64,000 nucleotides of DNA, from the NCBI RefSeq assembly GCF_963921235.1, contig NC_086107.1:108626001-108690000 (forward strand), in the 5' to 3' direction. The notes beneath the pieces were generated by a model. It saw nothing but the letters and a program-made list of their open reading frames with translations, had not been told where the DNA came from and searched no databases. The translations under genes and the position numbers were made by a program. This stretch comes from Mobula hypostoma. Taxonomy: Eukaryota. Shown in pieces: positions 36,023-48,105 of this stretch (positions within the stretch are counted from its first letter, which is position 1; every line of letters begins with the position of its first letter).

Positions 36023-36309
36023 CAGATTAATAGTTGAGCAGGGCTTATATTGACAGAAGGGCCTATTTCTCTGCTGTAGTGCTCGATGTTCTCTGATACG
36101 GAACCACCCTGTGCTAGCGGACTAACCCTACTTACCTATTACTTCAGAGGGTAGTTATGAGTGAACCACACTGCTGGAGGCCTGATGTTACTTATGGGCC
36201 CAGACCAAGTGAGAATGGCAGACTTTCTGCCCTGACAAGACAAAGTAGTCTTCTCTCAATGTTGTGGTTTCAAGGTCACCAACAGTGATTAGTTCAAATT
36301 CCAAGTATA

Positions 36310-36867
36310 CACTCAGCCACTTTATTAGGTACACTTGTATACCTGCTCATTAACGCAAACATCTAATCAGCCAATCATGTGGCAGCAACTCAATGCATAA
36401 AAATATGCAGACATGGTCAAGAGGTTCAGTTGTTGATCAGACCAAACATCAGAACGGGGATGAAATGTGGATCTAAGTGACTGTGACTGTGGAATGATTG
36501 TTGGTGCCAGACAGGGTGGTTTGAGTATCTCAGACACTGCTGATCTCCTGGGATTTTCATGCACAACAGTCTCCAAAATTTACAGAGAATGGTACAATAA
36601 ACAAAAACATCTGGTGAGCGGCAGTTCTGTGAGCAAAAACACCTTGTTAATGAGAGAGGTCAGAGGAGAACAGACTGGTTCAAGCTGACAGGAGGCGACC
36701 ATAACTCAAATAACCACACGTTACAACGGTGGGGTGCAGAAGAGCATCTCTGAATGCCCAGTACATCGAACATTAAAGTGGATTGGCAAAAGCAGCAGCA
36801 GACCGTGAACATACAGAAATACACTCCGTGGCCACCTCCCGGGACCTAATAAAGTGGCCACTTAGTG
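36310..36867 (+). mobile_element. Non-autonomous Tc1-like element
   Basis: TA-flanked TIRs; ORF 36467..36688 DLSDCDCGMIVGARQGGLSISDTADLLGFS. Confidence 0.88.
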
Positions 36868-37373
36868 TATAAAATTTAATTTGCCAATTCAGACATCCAA
36901 TTATTAATGGTCTCTCTCGTTCCTACACTGCAAATAAATCACCAGGCTACCATACCTTACAGTAAAGTGCTGCTTCCTGATTTTCCTCCTAAATCTAACT
37001 TAACTATTGTCCCTCCCCCCCCTCCACTCCGTGTTCTGGACTCCCCTGTCATGTTCCCTGCATGCGCACCCCATTTTTTTTAAATGTCTGCATCACCAGA
37101 GCAGATCATCACTCAATCTTCCATACTAAATCCAAGCTGAGACTGCGATTTTTACTGCTGTCTTTATACGAGGGGTGATCGATAAGTTTGTGGCTTAAGG
37201 TAGAAGGAGTCAATTTTAGAAAACCTAGCACATTTATTTTTCAACGTGGTCCCTTCCTACATTTACACACTTAGTCCAGCGGTCATGGAGCATACGGATC
37301 CCTTCTTTGTAGAAGTGGTCCACAGCAGGGGTGATTGATAAGTGTGTGGCCTAAGGTAGAAGGAGATGAGTTA

Positions 37374-37829
37374 ACAAACAACAGGAATTCTGCAGATGCT
37401 GGAAATTCAAGCAACACACATCAAAGTTGTTGGTGAACGCAGCAGGCCAGGCAGCATCTCTAGGAAGAGGTACAGTCGACGTTTCAGGCCGAGACCCTTC
37501 ATCAGGACTAACTGAAGGAAGAGTTAGTAAGAGATTTGAAAGTGGGAGGGGGAGGGGGAGATCCAAAATGATAGGAGAAGACGGTGGGGGGGGGGGGATG
37601 GAGCCAAGAGCTGGACAGGTGATTGGCAAAAGGGATATGAGAGGATCATGGGACAGGAGGCCCAGGGAGAAGGAAAAGGGGGAGGGGGGAACCCAGAGGA
37701 TGGGCAAGGGGTATAGTGAGAGGGACAGCGGGAGAAAAAGGAGAGTGAGAGAAAGAATGTGTGTATAAAAATAAATAACGGATGGGGTACGAGGTGGAGG
37801 TGGGGCATTAGCGGAAGTTAGAGAAAGTT
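37374..37829 (-). mobile_element. 5'-truncated Penelope-like insertion
   Basis: Close match to 3667-4115; perfect 13-bp TSD aggagatgagtta at 37361-37373 and 37830-37842. Confidence 0.92.
37473..37510 (-). ncRNA. Minimal type I hammerhead ribozyme (intact core)
   Basis: Minus strand UAGUC-CUGAUGA-AGGGUCUCGGCCU-GAAA-CGUC-GACUG: both core boxes, stem I, palindromic ACGU stem III, GUC site. Confidence 0.82.
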
Positions 37830-38887
37830 AGGAGATGAGTTATACAGCTCTTGTTACATGCACGTGCAGTTCAACTCTTTGGGTGAAAATGCAGTAGGTT
37901 TGAAGTTAATAAGTCATCTCCTTCTACTGTGGGCCACGAACTTATCAATCACCCCTGCTGTGGACCGCTTCTGGAGGTCCAAGACACCAACTTCTACAAA
38001 GAAGGGATCTGTTTGTTCCATGACCGCTGGACTAAGTGTGTAAATGTAGGAAAAATAAATGTGCTAGGTTTTCTAAAATTGACTGCTTCTACCTTAGGCC
38101 GCGAACTTATCAATCACCTACGTATGCAGCTCAGATCTTCCTTCTCCAGGCAAGTAAGTGTAGAGGTAATTCGGAAGGCTACTCTGCACGATGTATGGGG
38201 ACTGATGAATAACCTTAGCTGCTCGAAAGTGGAACACACGCAGGATTACTAAAGGGCATTTATAAATGCCTGTATAGTTTCACATTTAACTTTGAGGATT
38301 TGTGCTTCTTCAGGTGAACTGGGTTCTATAATCACAGGAAGATGAACAATGCTCTTGAAAAGAAGAAAGGTTCTGGGAACGCTGATTGACGCAAGAATTG
38401 TTTTGTTGAGGGAACAGAAAGTGGGCTGGTGAAAGTGAAGATTTCAAGATTGTGCAGGGAATCGGCAAACAGACATTCTAGGGGATGCTCACGGAAGGGA
38501 ATGGTTTCAATGCAGGGCCAGGCAGACGAGATGTCGACTTTTTTTCTTTATTCCGAATGTAACATCTACCAACGACAAAATGTCCCCGAGGCACCTTCCA
38601 GGAACTCTAAGCGAACAAGAGGAGAGGCCAAGTCACACGAGAAGATGGCGGGGACAACTGGCCCGAGGCCCGGACAGAAGGAAGACAAGAAGAAGCATCC
38701 GGAAGAAAGTGGAGAGGTTTGTGGGGGAGAAATGCCAGAGTTCACGGTCTGGACAGCTGAGACAGAGAGACCAGAATGACCAGAGCATAGAGTCCTCAAA
38801 GGGTGATGGGGCTGGAGTAGAATGTGGGATGAACTGGAGCAACGAGACCAAGGAGGAGTTTGCATCATTTAATATCACCACTGGAAT

Positions 38888-41800
38888 AGACCATAAGACC
38901 ATAAGACAAAGGAGCAGAAGTAGGCCATTCGGCCCATCGAGTCTGCTCCGCCATTTTATCATGAGCTGATCCATTTTATCCTATTTAGTCCCACTGCCCC
39001 GTCTTCTCACCATAACCTTTAATGCCCTGGCTACTCAGATACTTATCAATCTCTGCCTTAAAGACACCCAATGACTTGGCCTCCACTGCTGCCCGTGGCA
39101 ACAAATTCCATAGATTCACCACCCTCTGACTGAAAAAATTTTTTCGCATTTCTGTTCTGAATGGGCGTCCTTCAATCCTGAAGTCATGCCCTCTCGTACT
39201 AGACTCCCCCATCATGGGAAACAACTTTGCCACATCCACTCTGTACATGCCTTTTAACATTCAAAATGTTTCTATGAGGTCTCCCCTCATTCTTCTAAAC
39301 TCCAAGGAATACAGTCCAAGAGCGGACAAACGTTCCTCATATGTTAACCCTCTCATTCCCGGAATCATTCTAGTGAATCTTCTCTGTACCCTCTCCAACG
39401 TCAGCACATCCTTTCTTAAATAAGGAGACCAAAACTGCCCACAGTACTCCAAGTGAGGTCTCACCAGCGCCTTATAGAGCCTCAACATCACATCCCTGCT
39501 CCTATACTCTATTCCTCTAGAAATGAATGCCAACATTGCATTCGCCTTCTTCACTACCGACTCAACCTGGAGGTTAACTTTAAGGGAATCCTGTACGAGG
39601 ACTCCCAAGTCCCGTTGCATCTCAGAACTTTGAATTCTTTCCCCATTTAAATAATAGTCTGCCCGTTTATTTTTTCTGCCAAAGTGCATAACCATACACT
39701 TTCCAACATTGTACTTCATTTGCCACTTCTCTGCCCATTCTTCCAATCTATCCAAGTCTCTCTGCAGACTCTCCGTTTCCTCAGCACTACCGGCCCCGCC
39801 ACTTACCTTCGTATCATCAGCAAACTTAGTCACAAAGCCCTCTATTCCATAATCCAAATCGTTGATGTACAATGTAAAAAGAAGCGGCCCCAACACTGAT
39901 CCCTGTGGAACACCACTGGTAACTGGCAGCCAACCAGAATAGGATCCCTTTATTCCCACTCTCTGTTTCCTGCCAATCAGCCAACACTCTATCCACACAT
40001 GTAACTTTCCTGTAATTCCACGGGCTCTTACCTTGTTTAGCAGCCTCATGTGTGGCACCTTGTCAAAGGCCTTCTGAAAATCCAAATATACAACATCCAG
40101 TGCATCTTCCTTGTCTAGCCTACTGGTAATTTCCTCAAAAAATTGTAATAGGTTTGTCAGGCAGGATTTTCCTTTAAGGAATCCATGCTGAGTTCTGCCT
40201 ATCTTGTCATCTGCCTCCAGGTACTTCATCCTTGACAATCGACCCCAACATCTTCCCAACCACCGATGTCAAGCTAACAGGTCTATAATTTCCTTTTTGC
40301 TTCCTTGCCCCCTTCTTAAATAGCGGAGTGACATTTGCAATCTTCCAGTCCTCCGGAACCATGCCAGAATCTATCGACTTTTGAAAGATCATTGCTAATG
40401 CCTCCGCAATCTCCACAGCTACTTCCTTCAGAACATGAGGGTGCATTCCATCTGGTCCAGGAGATTTATCGACCTTTAGCCTATTCAGCTTCCTGAGTAC
40501 TTTTTCTGTCGTAATTGTGACTGCGCACACTTCTCTTCCCTGCCACCCTTGAGTGTCCGGTATCCTGATGTCTTCCTCAGTGAAGACTGATGCAAAATAC
40601 TTGTTCAGTTCCTCTGCCATCTCCTCATCTCCCATTACAATTTCTCCAGTATCATTTTCTATCGGTCCTATATCTACTCTCACCTGTCTTTTACTCTTTA
40701 TATACTTGAAAAAGCTTTTAGTATCCTCTTCGATATTATTTGCTAGTTTCCTTTCATAGTTAATCTTTTCTCTCTTAATGACCTTCTTGGTTTCCTTTTG
40801 TAAGGTTTTAAAGACTTCCCAATCCTCTGTCTTCCCACTAATTTTTGCTTCCTTGTATGCCCTCTCCTTAGCTTTAACTTTGGCTTTGACTTCTCTTGTC
40901 AACCACGGTTGCATCCTTTTTCCACTCGAAAATTTCTTCTTTTTTGGAATATACCTGTCTTGCACATTCCTCATTTCTCGCATAAACTCCAGCCACTGCT
41001 GCTCTGCCGTCTTTCCCGCCAGTGTCTCTTTCCAGTCAACTTTGGCCAGTTCCTCTCTCATGCCACTGTAGTTTCCTTTACTCCACTGAAACACCGACAC
41101 ATCAGATTTCGGCTTCTCTTTTTCTAATTTCACAGTGAACTCAATCATGTTATAATCACTGCCTCCTAAGGGTTCCTTCACCTCAATCTCTCCAATCACC
41201 TCCGGTTCATTACACAATACCCAATCCAGTACAGCCGATCCCCTAGTGGGCTCAACAACAAGCCGTTCTAAAAAGCCATCTCGCAGACATTCTACAAATT
41301 CTCTCTCTTGAGATCCAGTGCCAACCTGATTTTTCCAATCTACTCGCATGTTAAAATCCCCCACAATTATCATAACACTGCCCTTTTGACAAGCCTTTTC
41401 TATTTCCAGTTGTAATTTGTAGTCCACATCCCTGCAGCTGTTTGGAGGCCTATAAATAACTGCCATCAGGGTCCTTTTACCCCTGTTATTCCTTAGCTCA
41501 TCCCATAAAGATTCTGCACCTTCTGATCCTATATCACCTCTTTCTAATGATTTAATATCATTTCTTACCAATAAAGCCACGTCTCCCCCTCTGCCTACCT
41601 TCCTATCGTTCCGATACACCGTGTATCCTTGGACGTTCAGCTCCCAGAGACATGCATCCTTTAACCAGGTCTCAGTGATAGCCACAAGATCATACCTGCC
41701 AATCTGTAGCTGTACAACAAGATCATCCACCTTATTTCTCATGCTGCGTGCATTTAAGTACAACACCTTAAGACCAGTATGATACTTTTTGCTTCGATTT

Positions 41801-41940
41801 CACTGCAACTTTATTGCACTGCAACTCATCCCAATGGCTACACATTTGCCCCATCACCTGCCTGTCTTTCCTGACATCTTTACTGCTCACCATCTTAGAT
41901 TTATTTCTGTTTTCCCCTTCCTCCGCTCTATCATTCCGGG
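38888..41940 (-). mobile_element. CR1 LINE with near-complete ORF2
   Basis: Short tandem tail (gtcttatg on the minus strand) at 38888-38907; EN and RT ORFs; truncated near 41940. Confidence 0.95.
38985..41766 (-). pseudogene. CR1 ORF2 (APE endonuclease + reverse transcriptase), 1 frameshift and 1 stop
   Basis: YLNARS, ITETW, YRPP, GDFN, KSPGPDG, YRPVSLTS, YLDFQKAFDKVPH, GVPQGSVLGP, KFADD; frameshift near 40225 and stop at 39261-39263. Confidence 0.95.
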
Positions 41941-41944
41941 AGGT

Positions 41945-42292
41945 GACGTACTGGACTGGAGTTCAATTGCATTCTTTCAGTCTTATGTTTTTATACTCTG
42001 TGTTTTCGCCTGTTCTTTCTTGTTGCAATTTGCATGATTTGTTTGTTTCTTTGTGCATGAGGGGGTTGATGTTCTTCTTGTTGTATGCACAATTTATTTT
42101 TGCACACGAGAGTTTGATGCTCTTGTTGCCATTTGAGCAATTTGTTTCTTTTGCGCATGGGCGTTCGACATTTCTCTTTGAACGTTCTCCACGGTTTTCT
42201 GTGTTTCATGGCTCTCTGGAGAAGAGAAATCTCAGAGTTGTATACTGCATACATGCTTTGATAATAAATGTGCCTTTGAACCTTGAACCTTG
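41945..42292 (+). mobile_element. LINE-type 3' UTR fragment with (tgaacct)n tail
   Basis: aatctcagagttgtatactgcatac..aataaa..tttgaaccttgaaccttga; relatives near 4440, 24050 and 33350. Confidence 0.6.
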
Positions 42293-42732
42293 ACTGGTTG
42301 AGCAGGGAATATAAATGAATTGGAGAGTGAGAGTGAAAGAGAGAGAAAGTGAGAAAGAGAGGGAGAGAAAGAGAGAGAAATTAGTTTCACTTATTGCGTG
42401 GATATTGAAACATGAGGTGAAATGCTTCACATGCGACGGCGATGTGCTGAGGACAGGCCACAAGCATTGCCATGCTTATGATGCAAACATAGCGTACCCA
42501 CGACTTACTAACCCAACTTGTATGCTTTTGGAATGTGGGAAGAAACCAGAAGACCTGGGGGAAACCCAAATGGTCATGGGTGGAACGTACAATCTCCTTA
42601 CCGACAGTGGTGGGAATTGAACCCCAATCTTACAACTGGCATGCTGTAAAACATTACTCTACCGTACGGGCCAGAACCTAAAACCCGAAAGGATAGGTGT
42701 CCGAGTTGGAAAGGAGCAGATGGAAGACGTCA

Positions 42733-42938
42733 ACACAAAATAATCTGCAGATGCTGGGGTCAAAGCAACACTCACAACATGCTGGAGGAACTCAGCAGGT
42801 CGGGCAGCATCCGTGGAAAAGATCGGTCGACGTTTCGGGCCAGAACCCTTCATCAGGACCCGGTTCCGGCCCGAAACGTCGACCGATCTTTTCCACGGAT
42901 GCTGCCCGACCTGCTGAGTTCCTCCAGCGTGTTGTGAG
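42733..42938. mobile_element. 206-bp PLE hairpin insertion
   Basis: 38-nt tail plus 77-bp arms (42771-42847 / 42862-42938); perfect 15-bp TSD agatggaagacgtca at 42718-42732 and 42939-42953. Confidence 0.92.
42825..42860 (-). ncRNA. Minimal type I hammerhead ribozyme (intact core, variant stem I)
   Basis: Minus strand GGUC-CUGAUGA-A-GGGU-UCUG-GCCC-GAAA-CGUC-GACC. Confidence 0.82.
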
Positions 42939-43019
42939 AGATGGAAGACGTCACACTGGGTTTTTCAAATGAAAGGAAGTGGGAGGATTAGAGGTTCTGT
43001 AGCGGTGATTCACCTTCCT

Positions 43020-44015
43020 GGAGGTTAACGTAATGCTACTACGGCATCAGCGACCCAGGTTCAATTCCCGCCACTCTCTGTAAGGAGATTGTGCTTACTC
43101 CCCATGTTCGTGGGTGTTTCATCTGGGTGCTCTGGTTTTCTCCCGCATCCCAAACATGTACGGGTTAGGGTGAGTGACTGGTGGGTATACTATGCTAGCA
43201 ATGGAAGTGTGGCAACACTTATTTAGATTAGATTATGAGGACACTCAATTCTCGTTTATTATCATTTAGAAATGCATGCATTAAAAAGTGACACAATGTT
43301 CCTCCAGAAAGATATCACAAGAAAAAAAAAGGACAAACCAAGACTAAAACTGACAAAACCACATAATTATAACATATAGTTACAACAGTGCAAAGCAATA
43401 CCGTAATTTGATAAAGAGCAGACCATGGGCATAGTTAAAAAAAAGTCTCAAAGTCCTGATAGCCTCATCATCTCACGCAGACGGTAGAAGGGAGAAACTC
43501 TCCCTGCCATGAACCTCCAAGCGCAGCAAACTTGCCGATGCAGCACCATTGGAAGCACCCGACCGCAGCGGACTCTGAGTCCGTCCGAAAACTTCGAGCC
43601 TCCGACCAGCCCCTCCGACACAGCCTCTCCGAGCACCATCCTCTGCCGAGCGCTTCGACCCCACCCCGGCCGCCGAGCAACAAGCAAAGCCGAGGACTCG
43701 GGGCCTTCCCCTCCGGAGATTCTGGATCACACAGTAGCAGCAGCAGCGAAGCAGGCATTTCAGAAGTTTCACCAGATGTTCCTCCGTGCTCTCATGTCCG
43801 TCTCCATCAAATCAGGATTGTGCACGGCACCTTACTTGACAAATAACAGACGTCACCACCAGAGTGGCCGCTGCGATCTACGTCGCGCCGCCATCTTCTC
43901 CTCCCGCTATGGGCTGCCCTTAGCACATCCTCAGATTGTGTTAATCGTCGGCACAAGCAACACATTTCACTGTATGTTTTGATGTACAGGTGTGACAATT
44001 AAAGCAAATCTCTCA
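43020..44015 (+). mobile_element. V-SINE hosting retroposon copy 3
   Basis: B box ggttcaattccc, V core, tail resumes after 43905. Confidence 0.65.
43223..43904 (-). mobile_element. Noncoding retroposon copy 3
   Basis: gccgccatctt at 43887-43897; (ttaga)n tail at 43223. Confidence 0.85.
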
Positions 44016-44342
44016 TCTGTAACGAGGAAGGATTGAGAAGACTGAGCCTATACTCTCCGTGGGTGAGAAAATTGAGAGTTGATCCCATTGAGACACACAA
44101 GATTCTGCAAGGGCTTCGCAGGGTCAATGTTGAGAGGATGTTTACTCCTGAAGGGAATCATGAGAGAATGGGACTAGATTCAAGGATAAGTGGTTGGTCA
44201 CTTTAAGTACCTGCTTCAACATTTAATTGGACAGCCAGATGACCTTTAACCTCAATGTGGATAGGAAAGGTTAAGAGGGATAACAGCTGAAGGTGGGTAA
44301 AAGAGGCTAGCTTAAGTGGATATGAAGGGCCTGTTTCCAAAT

Positions 44343-44920
44343 GACCATAAGAATTAGGGCATTCGGTCCGTCAAATCTGCTATAGCATTCCATCATGGCT
44401 GATTTATTTTCCCTCACAACCCGCTTCTCCTATCTTCTCCCTGTAACCTTTCACACTCTTACTAATCAAGAACTTATCAACTTCCACTTCAAATATACTC
44501 AGTGACCTGACCTCCACAGCCATCTGTGGCAATGACTTCCACAGATTCGCCACTCTCTGGCTAAAGAAATTGCTGCTCATCTCTGTACTGAAGGGACATC
44601 CTCTTATTCTGAGGCTGTGCCCTCTGGACCTGAACTTTCCCACTATCGGTAGCATCCACTCCACATCCACGCTCTCTAGGTCTTTCAATATTCAGTAGGT
44701 TTCAGTGAGATTCCGACCCCCCTGGTTTTTCTAAACTCCAGTGAGCATGGGCCCAGAGTCATCGAACATGTTAACCCTTTCATTCCTGGGATCATTGTCG
44801 TAAACCTTCTCTGGATCCTTTCCAATGCCAGCACATCCATTCTTAGATATGGGGCTCAAAACAGCTCACAATACTCCAAATGTGGTCTGACCAATGTCTT
44901 ATGAAGCCTCAGCATTACCT
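44343..44920 (-). mobile_element. CR1 LINE 3' fragment
   Basis: ORF 44404..44688 SRGHSLRIRG..FFSQRVANLW. Confidence 0.88.
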
Positions 44921-45164
44921 ACTTCTATGCAGTGAGAGACTATAACTCTCTCACTTTCCTGTATTAATCCCGTTTCCCTGATTCCCTTAGCAATAAGGAA
45001 TCTATCAGTATATGAACTATCTTCTGTGCAAAACCTGAACACACTCAGTTAATGATTTCTGCAGCCCTCTTGGGAAGATGTATTCAAAGATTCCCCATTC
45101 TGTGGCTTCTCATAACAGTCTTGAATTGCAGACCCCTTCTTTAAACTTATTAAGTTTAATTCCA

Positions 45165-45745
45165 TGTTATTTCCACTACATGATGGTCCATGACCTCCTC
45201 TATTGCCATGAAGAGGCCACTCTCGGGTGAGAGGAGCTTCACCTCATATTCCGTCTGAGTAGTCTCCGACCTGATGACGTGAGCATCGCTTTCTCTAACT
45301 TCTGGTAATTCCTCTCCGCTCCCTCTGTTTTTTCATTCCCCATTCTGGTTCTCCTCTTACTTATTCTCTTCTCCTCACTTGTCTATCACTTTTCTCTGAT
45401 GCCCCCCCTTCCTTCCCTTTCTCCCAAGGTCCACTGTCCTCTCCTATCAGATTCCTTTTTCTTCAGTCTTTACCCTTTTCCACCTAACACCTCCCAGCTT
45501 CTCACTTCATCTCCCCTCCCTCACCCATCTACCTTCCCCCCACCTGGTCTCTCATCCATCACCTGCTAGTTTGTACTCCTCCTCCATCCCACACAGCACC
45601 CCCCCCCATCTTCTTATTCTGGCTTCTTCCCCACTTCCTTTCCAGTCCTGATGACGAGTCTCAGCCAGAAACGTCAGCTCTTCATTCCTTTCCAGAGATG
45701 CTGCCTGACCTGCTGAGTTCCTCCGGCATTTTGTGTGTGTTGCTG
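45165..45745 (+). mobile_element. Degenerate PLE 3' part
   Basis: GIY-YIG end, pyrimidine-rich UTR, decayed hammerhead at about 45643-45680. Confidence 0.8.
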
Positions 45746-45926
45746 TTATTTTACAACTGTGTCCCCTGATTCAGGCACCTCAGCCAGAGGCAGTATCAAC
45801 TCCACTTCACTCTATTAGATTATCTCTAGATTCCAACAGGATAATATCTCATTCTTCTAGGCTCAGGAGAATACTGCCCCGGCTTAATCTTTTCTCTCAG
45901 GGCAAACACGCCACTTGACGATATTT

Positions 45927-46070
45927 AAAATGCAAACAACAGGGTTTCTGCAGATGCTGGAAATTCAAGCAACACACATCACGAAGGGTCTCGGCCTGAA
46001 ACGTCGACCGTACCTCTTCCTAGAGATGCTGCCTGGCCTGCTGTGTTCAACAGCAACTCTGATGTGTGTT
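45927..46070. mobile_element. Mini PLE hairpin insertion
   Basis: Tail on the minus strand, then an inverted arm ending gatgtgtgtt; TSD acttgacRatattt at 45913-45926 and 46071-46084. Confidence 0.85.
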
Positions 46071-47289
46071 ACTTGACAATATTTTCTTCCTTCGGTAGTT
46101 TGCATCTGTATAAAACAGAGTGATGGATATGAGAACCAGGTACAAGTCCATGGGATTTACGCTAAAATTAGAAATTAATCGTCAGCATTTAAAGAACTTC
46201 AAGGCTGACTTTGCAGTCTTTGGATCTTAAGGCTGAGACAAGAGTGAGACTAGAGCTCCCAAAGCTGGTCTTAATGATGCTCTTTGGTCAGATCCACTGA
46301 TTGACAACACAGAGAACTGCATTGGTGAGGATCCCACCCACCACAGTTATTCTCTCTTCTCCCCTTTCCCATGGGGCAGAACACACAACAGCCTGGAAGT
46401 TTGTACCACCAGGCTCAAGGACAACTTCTGCCCTGCTGTAATAAGACTATTAAATGGTTCCAGAGTTCGATAGGGATGGACTCTTGACCTCACGATCTAT
46501 CTCGTTGTGATCTTCATTCTCTATCTGCTCTGAACTTCCTCTGTAGCTGTTACACCTTATTGTGCACTGTCATTGTGTTACCTTGTTCTACCTCAATTCA
46601 CTGTGTAATGAGTTTCTGTCTCGCTGTGATCTTGAACTACGTTGTTTATCTGCTGCGCACTCACTCTGTAGAATGTATAGTTTATTCTGCGTTGTTTTTG
46701 TTTTACCTTGTTCTACCTCAGCGCACTGTGTAATGATCTGATCTGTGTGAACAGTATGCAAGACAAGCCTTTCACTGTGTCTCTGCACATGTGACAATAA
46801 GAAGCCAACACCAACACTGCCTCGATTTACTGCTTCTTATTCCACAAAACAATAGAATTTAAATCACGAAATAATCATCACTTCACACACAGTCTGGAAT
46901 TTGCTGACCTGTTTCAGCAGATGCCAGATGGTCTTCTAAGGAGCTCCTAGTGAGCTGTCAACTTAATCCAGTCCATGATTTTCTTTCTCTGTCACTACGT
47001 TGAAATCAGCACTCATTACACCTGCATCCCAGGTATTTGAAACTGTGGAATTCACCCTTTCCCTACTGCCACCTACGGCACTAGCTAGTCTGAACATCTT
47101 GGTTCTTCAGGAAGATTCAATGGTACCAACTCAACAGCAAACCCCACCCCACCCCCCAAATCCTCCCCTCCGCACAAGCCCCCGGCACCCTCTCGACTTC
47201 CCGTGCTCACTAACCAATGATGCTGGATTGTGGCCAGACGATCGGAAAATTGTGCCTCATCGTCTTCAAGTTCCTCCAAAGTCTCACCC

Positions 47290-48105
47290 GTTCAAGGGTC
47301 TCAACCCATAACATTGACCGTCCATTTCCTTCCATGGATACACACACACAAGATGATGGGAGGCATCGATCGTGTGGATGGTCAGAGGCTTTTTCCCAGG
47401 GCTGGAATGGCTAGCACGAGAGGGCACAGTTTTAAGCTGCTTGGAAGTAGGTACAGAGGAGATGTCAGGGGTACGTTTTTTATGCCGCGAGTGGTGAGTG
47501 CGTGGAATGGGCTGCCAACGATGGCAGTGGAGGCGAATACGATAGGGTCTTTTAAGAAATTCCTGGACAGGTACATGGAGCTCAGAAAAGTAGAGGGCTA
47601 TGGGTAAGCCTAGATAATTTCTAAGGTAAGGACATGTTCGGCACAGCTTTGTGGGCCGAAGGGCCTGTATTGTGTTGAAGGTTTTCTATGTTTCTAAAAT
47701 GCTGGAGGAACTCGGCAGGTCAGGCTGTATCTATGGCAATGAATGAACAATCGATGATATAGGCAGAACTCCTTCTTCAGGATTGGAAACGAAGGGGAAA
47801 GACAACAGAATAATAAAGTGGGGGGAGGAGTGGAAGGAGGATAGATAGGTTGTAGGTGAAGCCAGGTGGGTGGGAAAGGTAAAGAGCTGGAGAGAAGGGA
47901 ATCTGATAGGAGAGGAGAGGGGACCACAGGAGAAAGGGAAGGAGGAGTGGACCCAGGGGGAAAGTGGTAGGCAGGTGAGAAGAGGTAAGGAGCCAGAGTG
48001 GGAAATAGAAGAGGGCAGGGGGAGGGAAACTTTATTTCACCAGAAAGAGAAGTTTATACTCATGCCGTCAGGCTGGAGGTTACCCAGATGGAGATGAAGG
48101 AACTG
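47290..48105 (-). mobile_element. PLE 3' part with a young CR1 3' end (about 47351-47695, plus strand) inserted in its tail
   Basis: acacacacaa|CR1|aaaatgctggagg; CR1 peptide GGIDRVDGQRLFPR..TRGHSFK..VEGYG. Confidence 0.8.

Larger units (their letters stand above)
37169..38122. mobile_element. mariner-type MITE (second copy) interrupted by a PLE
   Basis: TA-cgaggggtgat...atcacctacg-TA; homologous to 7961-8521. Confidence 0.88.

Noticed and set aside
38137..38159. Apparent 4-nt microexon (cttccttctccag|gcaa|gtaagt)
   Set aside because: It is frame-shifting, lies directly next to a MITE and has no supporting gene context; chance occurrence is plausible without RNA data.
38429..38969. 116-aa and 129-aa ORFs in purine-rich sequence
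   Set aside because: No recognisable domain or convincing splice sites; one runs into the CR1 tail.
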